The notes under the pieces: generated by a model
The model's database searches: none
Told to the model about the DNA's origin: nothing
The model's input: the letters and a program-made list of their open reading frames with translations, nothing else
Made by a program: the position numbers and the translations under genes
Origin: the human T2T-CHM13v2.0 reference genome, Homo sapiens
Length of the DNA: 64,000 nucleotides
Assembly (NCBI RefSeq): GCF_009914755.1
Contig: NC_060938.1
Direction: 5' to 3' (one strand)
Shown: one piece after another, positions 39,651 through 53,067 of the stretch
How the letters are laid out: every line of letters begins with the position of its first letter
Position numbering within the stretch: the first letter of the stretch is position 1

Positions 39651-40879
39651 ATTATTGGTAGTACTATAGTTCAGAATAAGTCGTTCAAGTTTGTTTTCTT
39701 CTTTTCCCTCCTAGGGATCTCTTCGGAAAAGGTCAGCTTTACTTTCCATGCATTTGCATAAAAGCATAATTAAGTTTTAACTGAGTTAACTCCTGACCTT
39801 GAACCCCAAATAGCCCTCTATAAACAAGTCTCTAGATGGAAAGAGCCAAGAGTATCCATGTGGCATTAGTTTGCTAGAATTCAGATCTGAATTAGACATG
39901 ACTATCTTTAGAATCTTCCTTTCATTTCTCCCAATTGCCAGTGGTTGTGCTATTAAACTAGTGCTTGGGGAAAAGAGAATTCCTGCTTTGTGGCATTTGC
40001 ACATTTTCATGCCATCAATGCTTTCATCAAGGCTGATTTCAAAGTACCAAATGACTTGCAAAATTCTTCCCATCTCATATTCTTTCACCCTGTTCCATTT
40101 TATCTGTCTTCTTCATATGTGTTTATACTAAAGCTTCAAGAAATTTCGTGGTTGTCTCTGAAGCTGACCTTCAAAACTATAAAGAGATTCAAATAGTCAG
40201 AAGCATTAATAATTGAAAGAGTTTATGGGATCTCCTTCTCTAGTCAAAATATTTGAACATAAAATACTAAACTTAAGAGTCAAAAAAGGCATTCGTCTAA
40301 ACATTAGTTTCTAGTTACATGCCAAATATAACCTTCTTCACCCTCACAAACACTTCTGAAACCTTAATAGTATTTTAAAATATTTTGTTCCTAATCACAC
40401 TTTTGAGAAAAGTGAAATAATACTATAAAGGAGAGGAAAATGACAATTTTTTATGAAATACAATCATAAGGCAGATAAGCAGTTATTTTTCCCCTGTCAT
40501 TATGAATGTGATGTATTAAGTTTTTATTTGGCTCCTTCCAGTGTGCATTTCAGGATATCTAGCATTTAACCACATTACCTTCCAAATAATTATATGTGAA
40601 TAAGCAAGGCTGATAATATCAAATGATTATCTGGAATCAACTCCAATTTCCAGTAAATATTACCTGCAAATTATAGAACATTATTAGAAAATAATGGCAT
40701 AATACAATTCACAGTAGATTGTCATCATATAATTTGTTTCAAAGTAGCTCTTTAAAGCAAACAGTATTATTTTCACATGACTGATAAGAAATAAAACAGT
40801 AAGAAAGATAACATAACACTGAGTGATTTGGGTCATTTTTTTACCCAAGGTCACGTAGCCAATGAATGGTAGAACAAAA

Positions 40880-42200
40880 AATTATTCATTCAACAAAAAT
40901 GTATTGAGTGCTAAACATATTGCTACAGATAGAAAGGTCTTTGTTCTGTTTAGCTTACAGTCTATTGAAGGGCAAATAATATTAATTAACAATCACAACC
41001 CAGTAATAAATGCTGTGGTACAAGCATGAACAGAATATTTTGGAGCATATAAGTGGACACAAATCATATTGAGAACAAGGGAAGAAAGTAAAATATAAGC
41101 TGAGATTTAAAGAACTATTAGGAGTTAGGTTGATAAATAATATTGGGAAGGACGTGTCCAGAGGTAACAATACATTGTAAGGCAGGGGAAAAATATGGGC
41201 CATTTGGATAACTTCGGTAAGTTCAATGTGACTGGAAAAAAAATGCATAAATCTGAATTGTGACAAATAAAGCTAAAGAGGTATGCAGAGATCAGTATTA
41301 TGAGTAATATCATCTTTTATGTTTGGCTCATTATACCTCACTTGAAAAATATATACTCCAATTAGAATCTACATCTTGTGATAGCACTGATTCTAAATTG
41401 ATACTAAAAGAAGAAGTCTCAAACTCTACGCAGCTTTTGATTCTTAAAATTCTCTCAGAAAGTTACATGAGGCCTATTGGTGAATTTTTTTCAGGAAAAT
41501 AACACAGGTATGAAATCTAGAAAGGATATTTTAACAGCAGCATAAAGGACAGATAAGAGAGTAAGAATGAAAGATTGGTCAGTAGACATTGCAATTATTC
41601 AGATGACAGGTACTGATAATCTCAAGTAAGGCTGCAGCAATGGAACAATAGCAGATGATTAATATATTAGTCTGCACATGTTGATAACTCATGGAATATA
41701 GGGATTTAAGTAATATGAAATAGAATAGCTTCACTTTTCTAGTTTTTTCCATAATGCAGTTTTTCTTAGCATTTTTGGGATCACAGACTTCTTTAAGTAT
41801 CTGATTAACCCCTGTCCTATGACTAAAAGTGATTTATAGTATTTTATGGGTTTCACGAATCTCTCCAAAGACCCCAGGCTAACCACCACTGTACTGGATT
41901 AACCTATGATGAAGTAAATACAAAAGGAAAGAATATTCTGGGGAAGAAGTATGATAGCTCATTCATTTTAGACATACTAATGTGCTTATGAAACATTCTA
42001 AAAGATATTTTAAGAACTTGGGTTATGTTTTTCTGAAGGTCAGCAAGGATGTCGTTGGTGAAGATCATTGTAATTAACTTTTAAGTATTTGCTGAGGCTA
42101 TACGTTTGGATAACCTCATATGAAAAACTGTGTAGAGTGACTGGAACAGAAAAAGAAGGTCTGAGTCTGAAAAACATACTCATTCAAGGAATGATTAAAG
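40880..42200 (-). mobile_element. L2 remnants (patchy)
   Basis: attcattcaacaaaaatgtattgagtgcta 3'-tail motif followed by diverged L2-like text; boundaries approximate. Confidence 0.55.
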
Positions 42201-45200
42201 GATAGATGTGCACATGAGAAAAAAAGGCAAAAAAAATCTAGACATCAAAGCCAAGATCTCAACTACCATTGTTAGACTCTGAAGGTTAAATTCGATGTTG
42301 TATGTGAATTTATACAATCCCAATGTTGCTTATAGATGTCTCTAAAATTTTGATCCAGTAAAAATTTTGTTATTGTTTAATGCTCAGAGTGCAGTTTTAT
42401 ATGGTGCTATGTTTACATATTTGCATTTCCTAAAATTTTAAATCATTATTTGTTAACATTTTTGATGTGTGTGTATGTAGGTGTGTATATATAGCCATTA
42501 ATCTCCCATGTGCTCTATTTTATATTTGAAGATAATGAGGCTCATGTTCAAACCTGAATTTGACTCCAGCATGAGAATCTTCACACTGTATCACAAGAGA
42601 GAAAGATAAATGTAATCAGTATCAAAGTCTATTTAACATTGCTAGTTATTGCTGTGCAATGATGAGGGAGGCACTGTTGTTTGTTTCTATATAATACACA
42701 GTATAGAGTTAAAAAAACAGTTAATAGAAGTACAGTCTAATAAAGGTTCCTCTAACCCCATCTGTTTTATAGAGGTAAATCATGGTCTTCCTTTACCAGT
42801 GGATAGAAAGCTAATATTATGGAGGAAAGTAAAATGGCTCATAGTATTCAGAATGTAGATAATGAATCTGTGATATAAAGTATTCACACATTTCATATTT
42901 TAATAGCTTCTCTTGACAAGAAGATTCAAGATTGATTAAAAGTTTTCCTCAAGATCTATGCAATAGACATTTTATGTAAAAATATAGATGGCAGCAATGT
43001 ATACTTGATATACTTAAATAGTTTTGAAGTCAACACACACTATGCCATACTGTAGTCAAAATTCCTTGAACTATATAGATATTACTCTTGATGAAAGTAG
43101 CAGCCTAACAAAATTGCTATATAAATATAGTAAGGGATAAAGCTCAGTACTGACTCTGGTCAACTAAACTTACCTTTGAATCTCACTGACTTTTTTTTTT
43201 TTTTACCTTTATTTAGGTTCAGTGGAACATATACAGGTTTGTTATATAGGTAAACTCATGTCATGAGGGTTTGTTGTAAAGATTTTTCATCACCCAGATA
43301 CTAAGCCCAGTACTCAGTAGTTATGTTTCTGCTCCTCTCCCTGCTCCCAACCTGCAAACTCTAGGAAACCCCTTGTTCTCCTTTTTGTGCTTTTGAGTTC
43401 TCATCCTTTAGCTCCCACTTGTAAGCAAGAATATTCAGTATTTGGTTTTCTGTTCCGGTGTTAGTTTACTAAGGATAATGACCTCCAGCTTTATCCATGT
43501 TCCCACAAAAGACATGGTCTAACTCTTTTGTATGACTGCATAATATTCCACAGTGTATATGTATCATATTTTTGTTATCCAATCTGTCATTGATGGTCAT
43601 GTATTTTGATTCCATATCTTTGGTATTGTGAGTAGTGTTGTGTGTATGTGTCTTTATGGTAGAATGATTTGTAGTCCTCTGAGTATATACCCAGTAATGG
43701 GATTACTGGGTCAAATGGTAGTTCTGTTTTTAGGTCTTTGAGGAATCGTCATACTGCTTTCCACAACAGTTGAACTAATTTACAGTCCTACCAATAGTGT
43801 ATAAGTGTTTCATTTTCCCTACAACCTTTCCAGCATCTGTTATGTTTTGACTTTTTAATAATAGCCATTCTGACTGGTGTGCAATGGCATCTCATTGTGG
43901 TTTTGATTTGCATTTCTCTAATGATCAGTGATCTTGAACTTTGTTTTTCATATGCTTTTTGGCCAAATGTATGTCTTACTTTGAAAAGTGTATATCCATG
44001 TTCTTTGTCCACTTGTTAAGCAGTTGTTGTTTTTTGTCTTGTAAATTTGTTTAAGCGCCTTATAGATGCTGGAGAGTAGACTTTTGTCAGATGCATAGCT
44101 TGTAAGTATTTTCTCCCAGTTTGTAGGTAGTCTGTTTATTCTGTTGATAGTTTTTTTGCTGCGCAGAAACTCTTTAGTTTAATTAGATCCCATTTGTCAC
44201 GTTTTGCTTTTGGCATCTTCATCATGAAATCTTTGCTCATTCCTATGTCCAGGATGATATTGCCTAGGTTGTCTTTCAGCATTTTTATACCATTGCATTT
44301 TACATTTAAGTCTTTAATCCACCTTGAGTTGATTTTTGTATATGGTGAAAGGAAGGGGTCTAGTTTTAGTCTTCTGCACATGGCTAGTCAGTTATCCCAG
44401 CACCATTCATTGAATAGGGAGTCCTTTCCCCATTGCTTGTTTTTGGCAGCTTTATTAAAGATCATATGGTCGTAAGTGTGTGGCCTTATTTCTGGGCTGT
44501 TTTATCTCATTCGTCTCTGTGTCTGTTTTTGTACCAGTACCATGCTGTTTTTGTTTATTGTATCCCTGCAGTATAGTTTAAAGTCAAGTAACATGATGCC
44601 TTCAGCTTTGTTCGTTTTGCTTAGGATTGCTTTGGCTATTTGGGCCGCTGTTTCATTCCATATTCACTTCAAAATAATTTTTTTCTAGTTCTGTGATAAA
44701 TGTCATTTGTTGCTTGATAGGAATAGCTTTGAATCTGTAAATTAATTTGGGCAGTATGACTATTTTAACTATGTTCATTATTCCTATTCATGATCATGAA
44801 ATGTTTTTCCATTCGTTTGCATCTTCACTGGTTTCTTTGAACAGTGTTTTGTAATCCTTATTGTAGAGATATTTTACCTCCCTGGTTAGCTGTATTCTCA
44901 AGTATTTTACTCTTTTTGTGGCAATTGTGAATGGGACTGCATTTCAAATTTGACTCTCAGCTTGGTTGTCATTCATGCAGAGGAATGCTAGTGATTTTTG
45001 TACATTGATTTTATGTCCCAAAACTTTGCTGAAGTTTATCAGCTCCAGGAGCTTTTGTGCTGAGGCTATGGGATTTACAGAATCATGTCATCTGCAAACA
45101 GTGATAGCTTGACTCCCTTTGTTACTATTTGGATGTCTTTTCTTTCTTCCTCTTGCCTAATTGCTCTGGCCAGGACTTCCTATGTTGAATAGGAGTGGTG

Positions 45201-46912
45201 ATAGAGGGCATACTTTTCTTGTGCCAGTTTTCAAGGGGAATGCTTCCAGCTTTTCCCTATTGACTATGATGTTGGCTCTGGATTTGTCATAGATGGCTCT
45301 TATTATTTTGAGGTATGGTCCTTCAATATCCAGTTTATTGACAGTTTTTGACATGAAGAGTTGTTGAATTTTATTGAAAGCATTTGGTGCATCTATTGAG
45401 ATAATCATGTTTTTTGGCATTAGTTCTGTTTATGTGATGAATCACATTAATTGATTTGCATATGTTGAACCAACCTTGCATCTAAGGGATGAAGCCTACT
45501 TTATTGTGGTGAATTAGCTTTTTGATGTGCTGCTGGATTCAGCTTGCAAGTATTTTGTTGAGGATTTTTCCATCAATGTTCATAAAGAGTATTGGCCTAA
45601 ATTTTTTGTAGTTGTTGTCATTGTGTCTCTGCCAGGTTTTAGTATCAGGATGATTTTGGCCTCATAGAATAAGTTGGAAAGAAGTCCCTACTCCTCAATT
45701 TTTTGGAATAGTTTAAGTAGGAATGGTACCCACTCTTCTTTGTACATCTAATAGAATTCAGCTGTGAATCCATCTGGTGCTAGGCGTTTTTTCATTGGTA
45801 GGCTATTTATTACTGTTTCAATTTAGGAGCTCATTTTTGGTCTTTTCAGGAATCAATTTCTTCTTGGCTCAGCCTTGGGAGGGTGTATGTGTCCAGGAAT
45901 TTATCCATCTCTTCTATGTTTCCTAGTTTGTGTGCATAGATGTGCTTATAGTAGTGTCTGATGGTTACTTTTATTTCCTTGGGGTCAGTGGTAACATCCT
46001 CTTCATTATTACTAATCTGTTTATTTGGATCTTCTCTCTTTTATTCTTCATAAGTTTAGCTAGCAGCCTGTCTCATTAATAATTTCAAAAAACCAACTGC
46101 TGGATTCGTTGATCTTTTAAATGGTTTGTTGCATCTTGATTTCCTTCGGTTCAGCTCTAATTTAGGTTATTTCTTATTTTCTGCTAGTTTTGAGGTTGAT
46201 TTGCTCTTCCTTCTCTAATTCTTTCAGCTGTGATGTTAGGTTGTTAGTTTGAGATCTTCCTAACTTTTTGATGTGGGCATTTAGTACTTTGAATTTTCCT
46301 CTTAACAGTCTCTTAGCTGTGTCTCAGAGATTCTAATATGTTGTATCTTTGTTCTCATTCATTTCAAAGAACTTCTTGATTTCTACCTTAATTTCATTAT
46401 TTACCCAAAAGTTATTCAGGAACATTTTGATTAATTACCATGTAATTGCATAATTTTGAGTTATTTTCTTAGTCTTGAATACTATTTATATTGCACCGTG
46501 GTCTTAAAGTCTGTTGAGTATGATTTCATTTCTTTTACATTTGCTGAGGATTGTTTAATGTCTAATTATGTGGTCAAATTTACAGCATGTGCCTGTGGCA
46601 ATGAGAAGAATGTATACTCTGTTGTTTTGGGGTGGAGGGTTCTGTAGAGGTCAATCAGATCCTTTTGGTCCAATGTGGAATTCAGGTCCTGAATATCTTC
46701 AATAATTTTCTGCCTCGATGATATATGTCTAATACCGTCAGTGGAGTGCTGAAGTCTCCCATTATTATTGTGTGAAGTTTGTGTTTCCTTGTAAGTCTCT
46801 TAGAACTTGCCTTATGAATCTGGGTGCTCCTCTGTTGGGTGCGTATATATTTAGGATGGTTAGGTCTTCTTGTTGAATTGAACATTATACAAATACGTAA
46901 TTCCCTTCTTTG

Positions 46913-47339
46913 TTTTTTTTTTTTTTTTTTTTTTTTTAGACAGAGTCGCACTCTGTCACCCAGGCTGGAGTGCAGTAGCTTGTTCTGAGTTAGTGAGAAG
47001 CATAGCCTGTGTGGACATTGGAAACAACCACTTTTTCTTTTACTTTTTTTTTCCCCCCGAGATGGAGTCTTGCTCTGTCACCCAGTCTGGAGTGCAGTAG
47101 CATGGTCTTGGCTCACCACAACCTCTGCCCCCGGGGATCAAGCAATTCTCCTGCCTCAGCCTCCCCGAGTAACTGGGATTACAGGCGCACGCCAGCACAC
47201 CTGGCTAATTTTTGCATTTTTAGTAGAGACGGGGTTTCACCACGTTGGTCAGGCTCATCTCAAACTCCTGATCTTTTGATCCACCCACCTTGGCCACCCT
47301 AAGTGCTGGGATTACAGGCATGAGCCACTGTACCTGGCC
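46913..47339 (-). mobile_element. Composite Alu insertion: full AluS (47032-47339), 52-bp non-Alu spacer (46980-47031), Alu 3' fragment with poly(A) (46913-46979)
   Basis: One degenerate TSD (ccttctttgtttttt 46904-46918 vs ccttctgtatctttt 47340-47354) brackets all three parts. Confidence 0.8.
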
Positions 47340-50300
47340 CCTTCTGTATCTTTTAAAAATCTTTTTTGGTTTAAAGTCTGTTTTATCTGAAATTAGGATT
47401 GCAATTCCTGCTTTTTTTCTGATTTTCATTTCTTTTGTAGATTTTCCTCCATCTCTTTATTTTTAGCCTATAGGTGTAATTACATGTGAGATGAGTCTCT
47501 TGAAGACAGAATACCATTGAGTCTTGCTTTTTTAAAAAAATCCAGCTTGCTACTCTGTGCCTTTTAAGTGGGGCATTTAGCCCATTTACATTCAAGGTTA
47601 GTATTGATATCTGTGGTTTTGATCCTGTTCTTGAGTTATTAGCTGGGTAGTATGTTGGCTCATTCTTGTGGTTACCATATAGTGTCACTGGCATGTGTAC
47701 TTAGGTGTGTTTTTGCATTAGTTGGTAGTGGCCTTTCCTTTTCATATTTAGTGATCCTTTCAAGATCTCTTTTAAGGGAGGCTGGTGTTAACAAACTCCC
47801 TCAACATTTCCTTATCTGAAAAGGATCTTCTTTCTCCTTTACTTAGGAAGCTTACTTTAGCTGGATTTGAAATTTTCGGTTGAAGATTTTTTTTTTCTTT
47901 AAGCATGTTGAATATAGGCCCCCCAATCTCTTTTGGCTTGTAGGGTTTCAGTTGAGTGGTCTTCTGTAAGCCTGATGGGGTTCTCTTTGTAGGTGACCTG
48001 CTCTTTCTCTCTAGATGCCTTTAACCTTCTGTCTTTGATTTTGATCTTGGGAAATCTGATGATTATGTGTCTTTGGGCATGGTCTTGTGTAGAATCTTGC
48101 AGGGGTTCTCTATATTTCCTGAATTTGACTGTTGGCCTTTCTATGTAGGTTGGGGGAGTTTTCATGGATGATATCCTGAAATGTGATTTTCAAGTTGTTT
48201 GCTTTCTTCCCATCTATTTCAGGGATGCCAATGATTCATAAGTTTGGCCACTTTATATAATCCCATATTTCTATGAGGTTTTGTTTATTCCTTTTCATTC
48301 TTTTATCTTACTTTTTTCTGACTGTCTTCTTTCTGAGAACCAGTCTTCAAGTTCTGAGATTCTTCCCTCAGCTTGATCTATTCTCCTATTAATACTTGTG
48401 ATTGCATTGTGGAAGTCTTGTATTGTGTTTTTCAGCTCTGTCAGCTCTGTAAAATTCTTTTTTATACTGGCCATTTCATCTTTCAGCTTTTTTATTGTTT
48501 TATGGTGATTCTTAGTTTCTCTGGATTGAGTTTTGCCCTTTTCCTGAATCTAGACAATCTTTGTTTCTATCTGTTTTCTGAATTATATTTCTGTCATTTC
48601 AGCCAGCTCACCCTGGTTAAGAAGTCTTGTTGGAAAACTGGTGCAGTTAGTTATTTGGAGGACACAGGACACTCTGGCCATTAGAGTTACTGAAGTTCTT
48701 GTGTAGATTCTTTCTCATCACTGCATGTGGGTGTTCCTTTAACTGAAGGGTAGATTGAGCACATTCAATAGACTTCTTTTCTAGATGTTTTCACAGGGCT
48801 GAGGCATGGTGCAGGGTCTTTATTTATAGCTAACTCCATGACGTCGGTTTCAAGAAGGTACGTTAACGAAGTATTTTTGGTGTTTAATATTTTGAGTGTG
48901 ATCCAGTAGGTGGCGCTGAGTCATGTTAGTCAGTTGGTAGGCTCTTGCTTGGTTTTGTGGTTCTCCTATATTGCCTCACAGTTGCACACTTGCTTCCTTT
49001 CAATGCTCTGAAAGTGTGGGCTCCTGTCACCCTTATGGGCTGGCTTTAGATCATGGCTGGGCACTCCCAGGCTTCCTACTCCAGTTCTTGGGCGATCTCA
49101 GGATTTATGTTCCTTCCCAATTTGGAGGCAGCAGAGCAAAAGAACTTAGTAGTGTTTGTGGCCAAGGGTTTTTTGTTTCTCTCCTGGGGGTTCCACCCCA
49201 GCAAGATGCAGGTCAGCAATTGCTCAGTGCAATTAGCCCAGAATGGAAGGTCTGTGCTGTGGGCCTAAGCTAGGGGTTCCCTGTTTGATGATGAGCAAGG
49301 GGATGTGGGTGGAAGTTGTGGGAGAAGGACTGTCTTTCTCTCCTGAGTCAACTGCCATTTGTTGAAGGTGTGGATAAGGCACTTAGGGTCTTTGCTCCTT
49401 CATTAGTCAGAGGGTAGCAAGGACAAGTCCACTCCAGAGGCATTGGCAGAAAGGCTATCAGTTGCCCCCTGGGGTTTCACCTTCAAGAAACATGGAACCA
49501 CTGTTATTGGGGGAGCTCAGTCAGTGGGGTGGGGTGGCTGCATTGCTTGTGCCAGATTGGAGTTCTGCTTTTTAGGGAACAGGGGGTTCAAAGGCTCACA
49601 GGGAGAAGAGAATGGTCTCCTCTCTATGTGACAGCTGTGGTGTATTGTAAGCTTGGGTACAACCCTCAGTCTCCTTATTTCTTCCCCAGCCGGGGCCCCT
49701 GCTTGGTAGAGTAGGGGTTGTTGTTTCCCAGGGGTGAGGAGCTGGACTCTCTCCGTATTGTGTCTGCAGTGTGCTGGAGGTGCCAGCCTAATGACAAGGC
49801 CCTTTATTCCTTCCCCAGCCTAAGGGCTGTTAGGACTGTACGCTGCAATTGTAGTGGTGGAGGAGCTGTGGATTGACTCTGGGACTTCCTCCTTGGAGAA
49901 ATGCTGGGCTTCTTCTGGTTGTGGTGATCAGGAGAGGCAAGGAGATTGTGCTAGAGTCCCAGGTAATGTGGCCCTGTCCAGTGAGGAGAAGTGAGGACTC
50001 CAATCTGCATGGACAACAGTTTGGCCGCTTTTCTGTGAGTTGGGTGCTTTGTGCTGGGAGTCTGGACCAGTTCCTGGTCCCCACAGACTCTCCAGAGCCT
50101 GGAGACAGCAAGGGCAAGGGCTGCAAAGCAGATGGCAACCCACGTTGCTCACTGGGAGATCTGTCCTGGGAGTTTCAGAGCTGTTACTGGCTCAAGAGCC
50201 CCAATAGAAAGTAGCTGGAAGCCCAGACTGGTTGGACCTGCCCTTTGTGGAGATATGGGAATGAGAATTCATGTAACAGTTTGGCAACCTTTCATTAGGG

Positions 50301-50740
50301 CTGTTGAGATATGCTGGGGTTCCGCTCCCATCCCAAGTCACCTCGAATTTTTCAGTACCTGAATCTATCAACATGAAGGCTACAAAACATCAAAGATGTG
50401 GCCTTCCCCTCCCTCTGGGAATTTCATCCCAGGTAAGTATAAATCCGTTGTCTGCAGGAATGCACATGTAGGATGTTCCTGGAGACCCTGACTGGGAGGT
50501 TCTGCTCAGTGGAGAGGAACGGGAATGGTGTCCTGCTTTAAAAAGTAGTCTGGCCACATTTTATAGAGCAGCTCTATTGTGCTGGGGTGCACTCCAGTGC
50601 CTGGTTGCCTCTGACTCTCCAATGCCTGAAGACTGGAATGGGTAAGTAGCCCAAACAGCAAAGATAGCAGCCCATTCCTTCATCTGAGTGTTCCATTCTA
50701 GGAGTTTGAAACCTCTGTCGGCCAGAAAACATCAGTGGGG

Positions 50741-53067
50741 TTATATGGTCTGGCTTTGTATCCCCACCCAAATCTCATCTTCAATTATAATCTGAATTGT
50801 AATCCCTATGTGTTGCAGGAAGGATTTCCTGGGAGGTGATTGAATCATGGGGGTGATTCCCCCATGCTGCTCTCATAATAGTAAGTGAGATCTCAGGAGA
50901 TCTAATGGATTTGTGAGCAGCTTTTTCCCCTTTTGCCCTGCACTTCTCTAATTCTTCTCCTTCCCACCACCATGTGAAGAAGGATGTGTTTACTTCCCTT
51001 TCTGCCATGATTGTAAGTTTCCCGAGGCCTTCCCAGCCATGCTGAACTGTGAGTCAATTAAACCTCTTTCCTTTATAAATTATCCAGTCTCAGGTATTAG
51101 CAGCATAAGAACAGACTAATACAGTAAATTGGTACCAGTAGAGTGGGGAGCTTCTACAAGGATACCCAAAAATGTGGAAGCGACTTCAGAACTGGGTAAC
51201 AGGCAGAGGTTGGAATAGTTTAGAGGACTCAGAAGAAGACAGGAAAATGTGGAACAGTTTGGAACTTCCTAGAGACTTGTTGAATGGCTTTGACCAAAAT
51301 GCTGATAGTGATAAGAACAATGAAGTCCAGGCTGAGGTAGTCTCAGATGAAGAAGAGGAACTTGTTGGGAACTGGAGCAAAGGTGACTCTTACTGTGCTT
51401 TAGCAAAGAGATTAGTAGCTTTTTGCCTCAGCATTAGAGATCTGTGAAACTTTGAACTTGAGAGAGATGATGTGGTATATCTGGCAGAAAAAATTTCTAA
51501 GCAGCAAAGTGTTGAAGAGGAAGCAGAGCATAAAAGATTGGAAAATTTTCAGCCTGATGATGCAATAGAAAAGAAAAACCCATTTTCTGAGGAGAAATTC
51601 AAGCCAGCTGCATAAATTTGCATAAGTAATGGAGAGTCAAATGTTAATCACTTAGACAATTGGGAAAATGTTTCCAGGCCATGTCAGAGACCTTCACAGC
51701 AGTCCCTCCAATCACAGCGTTACAGGCCCAGAGGGCTAGGAGAGGAAAATAGTTTCCTGGTCTGGGTCCAGAGCCCATCTGCTATGTGCAGCCTTGGGAC
51801 TTTTTCCCAGCCATACCAGCCATGGCTAAAAGGGCCAAATTACAGCTCAGGTTGTGGCTCCAGAGGGTGCAAGCTCCCAGCCTTGGCAGCTTCCACATTG
51901 TGTTGGTTCTGCAGGTGTGCATAAGATAAGAATTGAGGTTTGAGAACCTCCACCTAGATTTCAGAAGATGTACGGAAATACCTGGATATCCAGGCAGAAG
52001 TCTGCTATGGGGGCAGGGCCTTCATGGAGACCATCTGCCAGGGTAGTGCAGAAGGGAAATGTGAGGTGGGAGCCCCCACCCAGAGTCTTCACTGGGGCAC
52101 TGCCTAGTGGAGTTGTGATAAGAGGGCCACCGTCCTTTAGATACCAGAAGAGTAGATCCACCAACAGCTTGCACCACATGCCTGGAAAAGCTGCAGACAC
52201 TCAATGTTAGCCATGAAAGAAGCTGAGGTTGGCAATGTTCCCTGCAAAGCCACAGAGGCAGAGCTGGCCAAGGCCGTGGGAGATCATCTGTTGCATCAGC
52301 ATGACCTGGATGTGAAACATGGAGTCAAAGAAGATCATTTTGGAACTTTAAGGTTTAATGACTGTCCTGTTGGATTTTAGACTTGCGTGGAGCCTGTAGC
52401 CCCTTTGTTTTGGCCAATTTCTCCCATGTGGAGTAGTTGTATATACCCAATTCCTGTACCACCATTGTATCTGGGAAGTAAATAAGTTGCTTTTGATTTT
52501 ACAGACTCATAGGCTGAAGGGACTTGCCTTGTCTCAGACCAGACTTTGGACTTGAACGTTGGGTTAATGCTGGAATGACTTAAGATTTTGGAGGACTGCT
52601 GCAAAGGCTTGATTGTGTTTTGAAATGAGAGGACATGATATTTTGGACAGGACAGGGATGGAATAATATTGTCTGGTTCTGTGTCCCCACCCAAATGTCG
52701 TCTTGAATTGTAATCCAAGTTGTAATCCCCACGTGTTGGGGAGGGACCTCATGGGAGGTGACTGGATCGTGGCATGGTTGTGGTTCCTCCATGCTGTTCT
52801 CATTCATGATAGTGAGTGAGGTCTCATGAGATCTGATGGTTTCATGAGAGGCTTCTCCCCCCATTCACTCTGCACTTCTCTCATTCTTCTCTTTCCTGCC
52901 ACCATGTGAAGAAGGATGTGTTTGCTTCCCCTTCTGCCATGATTTTAAGTTTCCTGAGCACACCCTCCCCAGCCCTGCAGAACTGTGAGTTAATTAAACC
53001 TCTTTCCTTTATAAGTTACCCAGTCTCAGGTATGTCTTTATTAGCAACATGAGGATGAACTAATACA
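50741..53067 (+). mobile_element. Full-length THE1D-like MaLR element: LTRs 50741-51123 and 52664-53067
   Basis: Matching LTRs ending actaataca; internal region homologous to the other THE1 internals; TSD-like gtgggg/gagggg. Confidence 0.9.
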
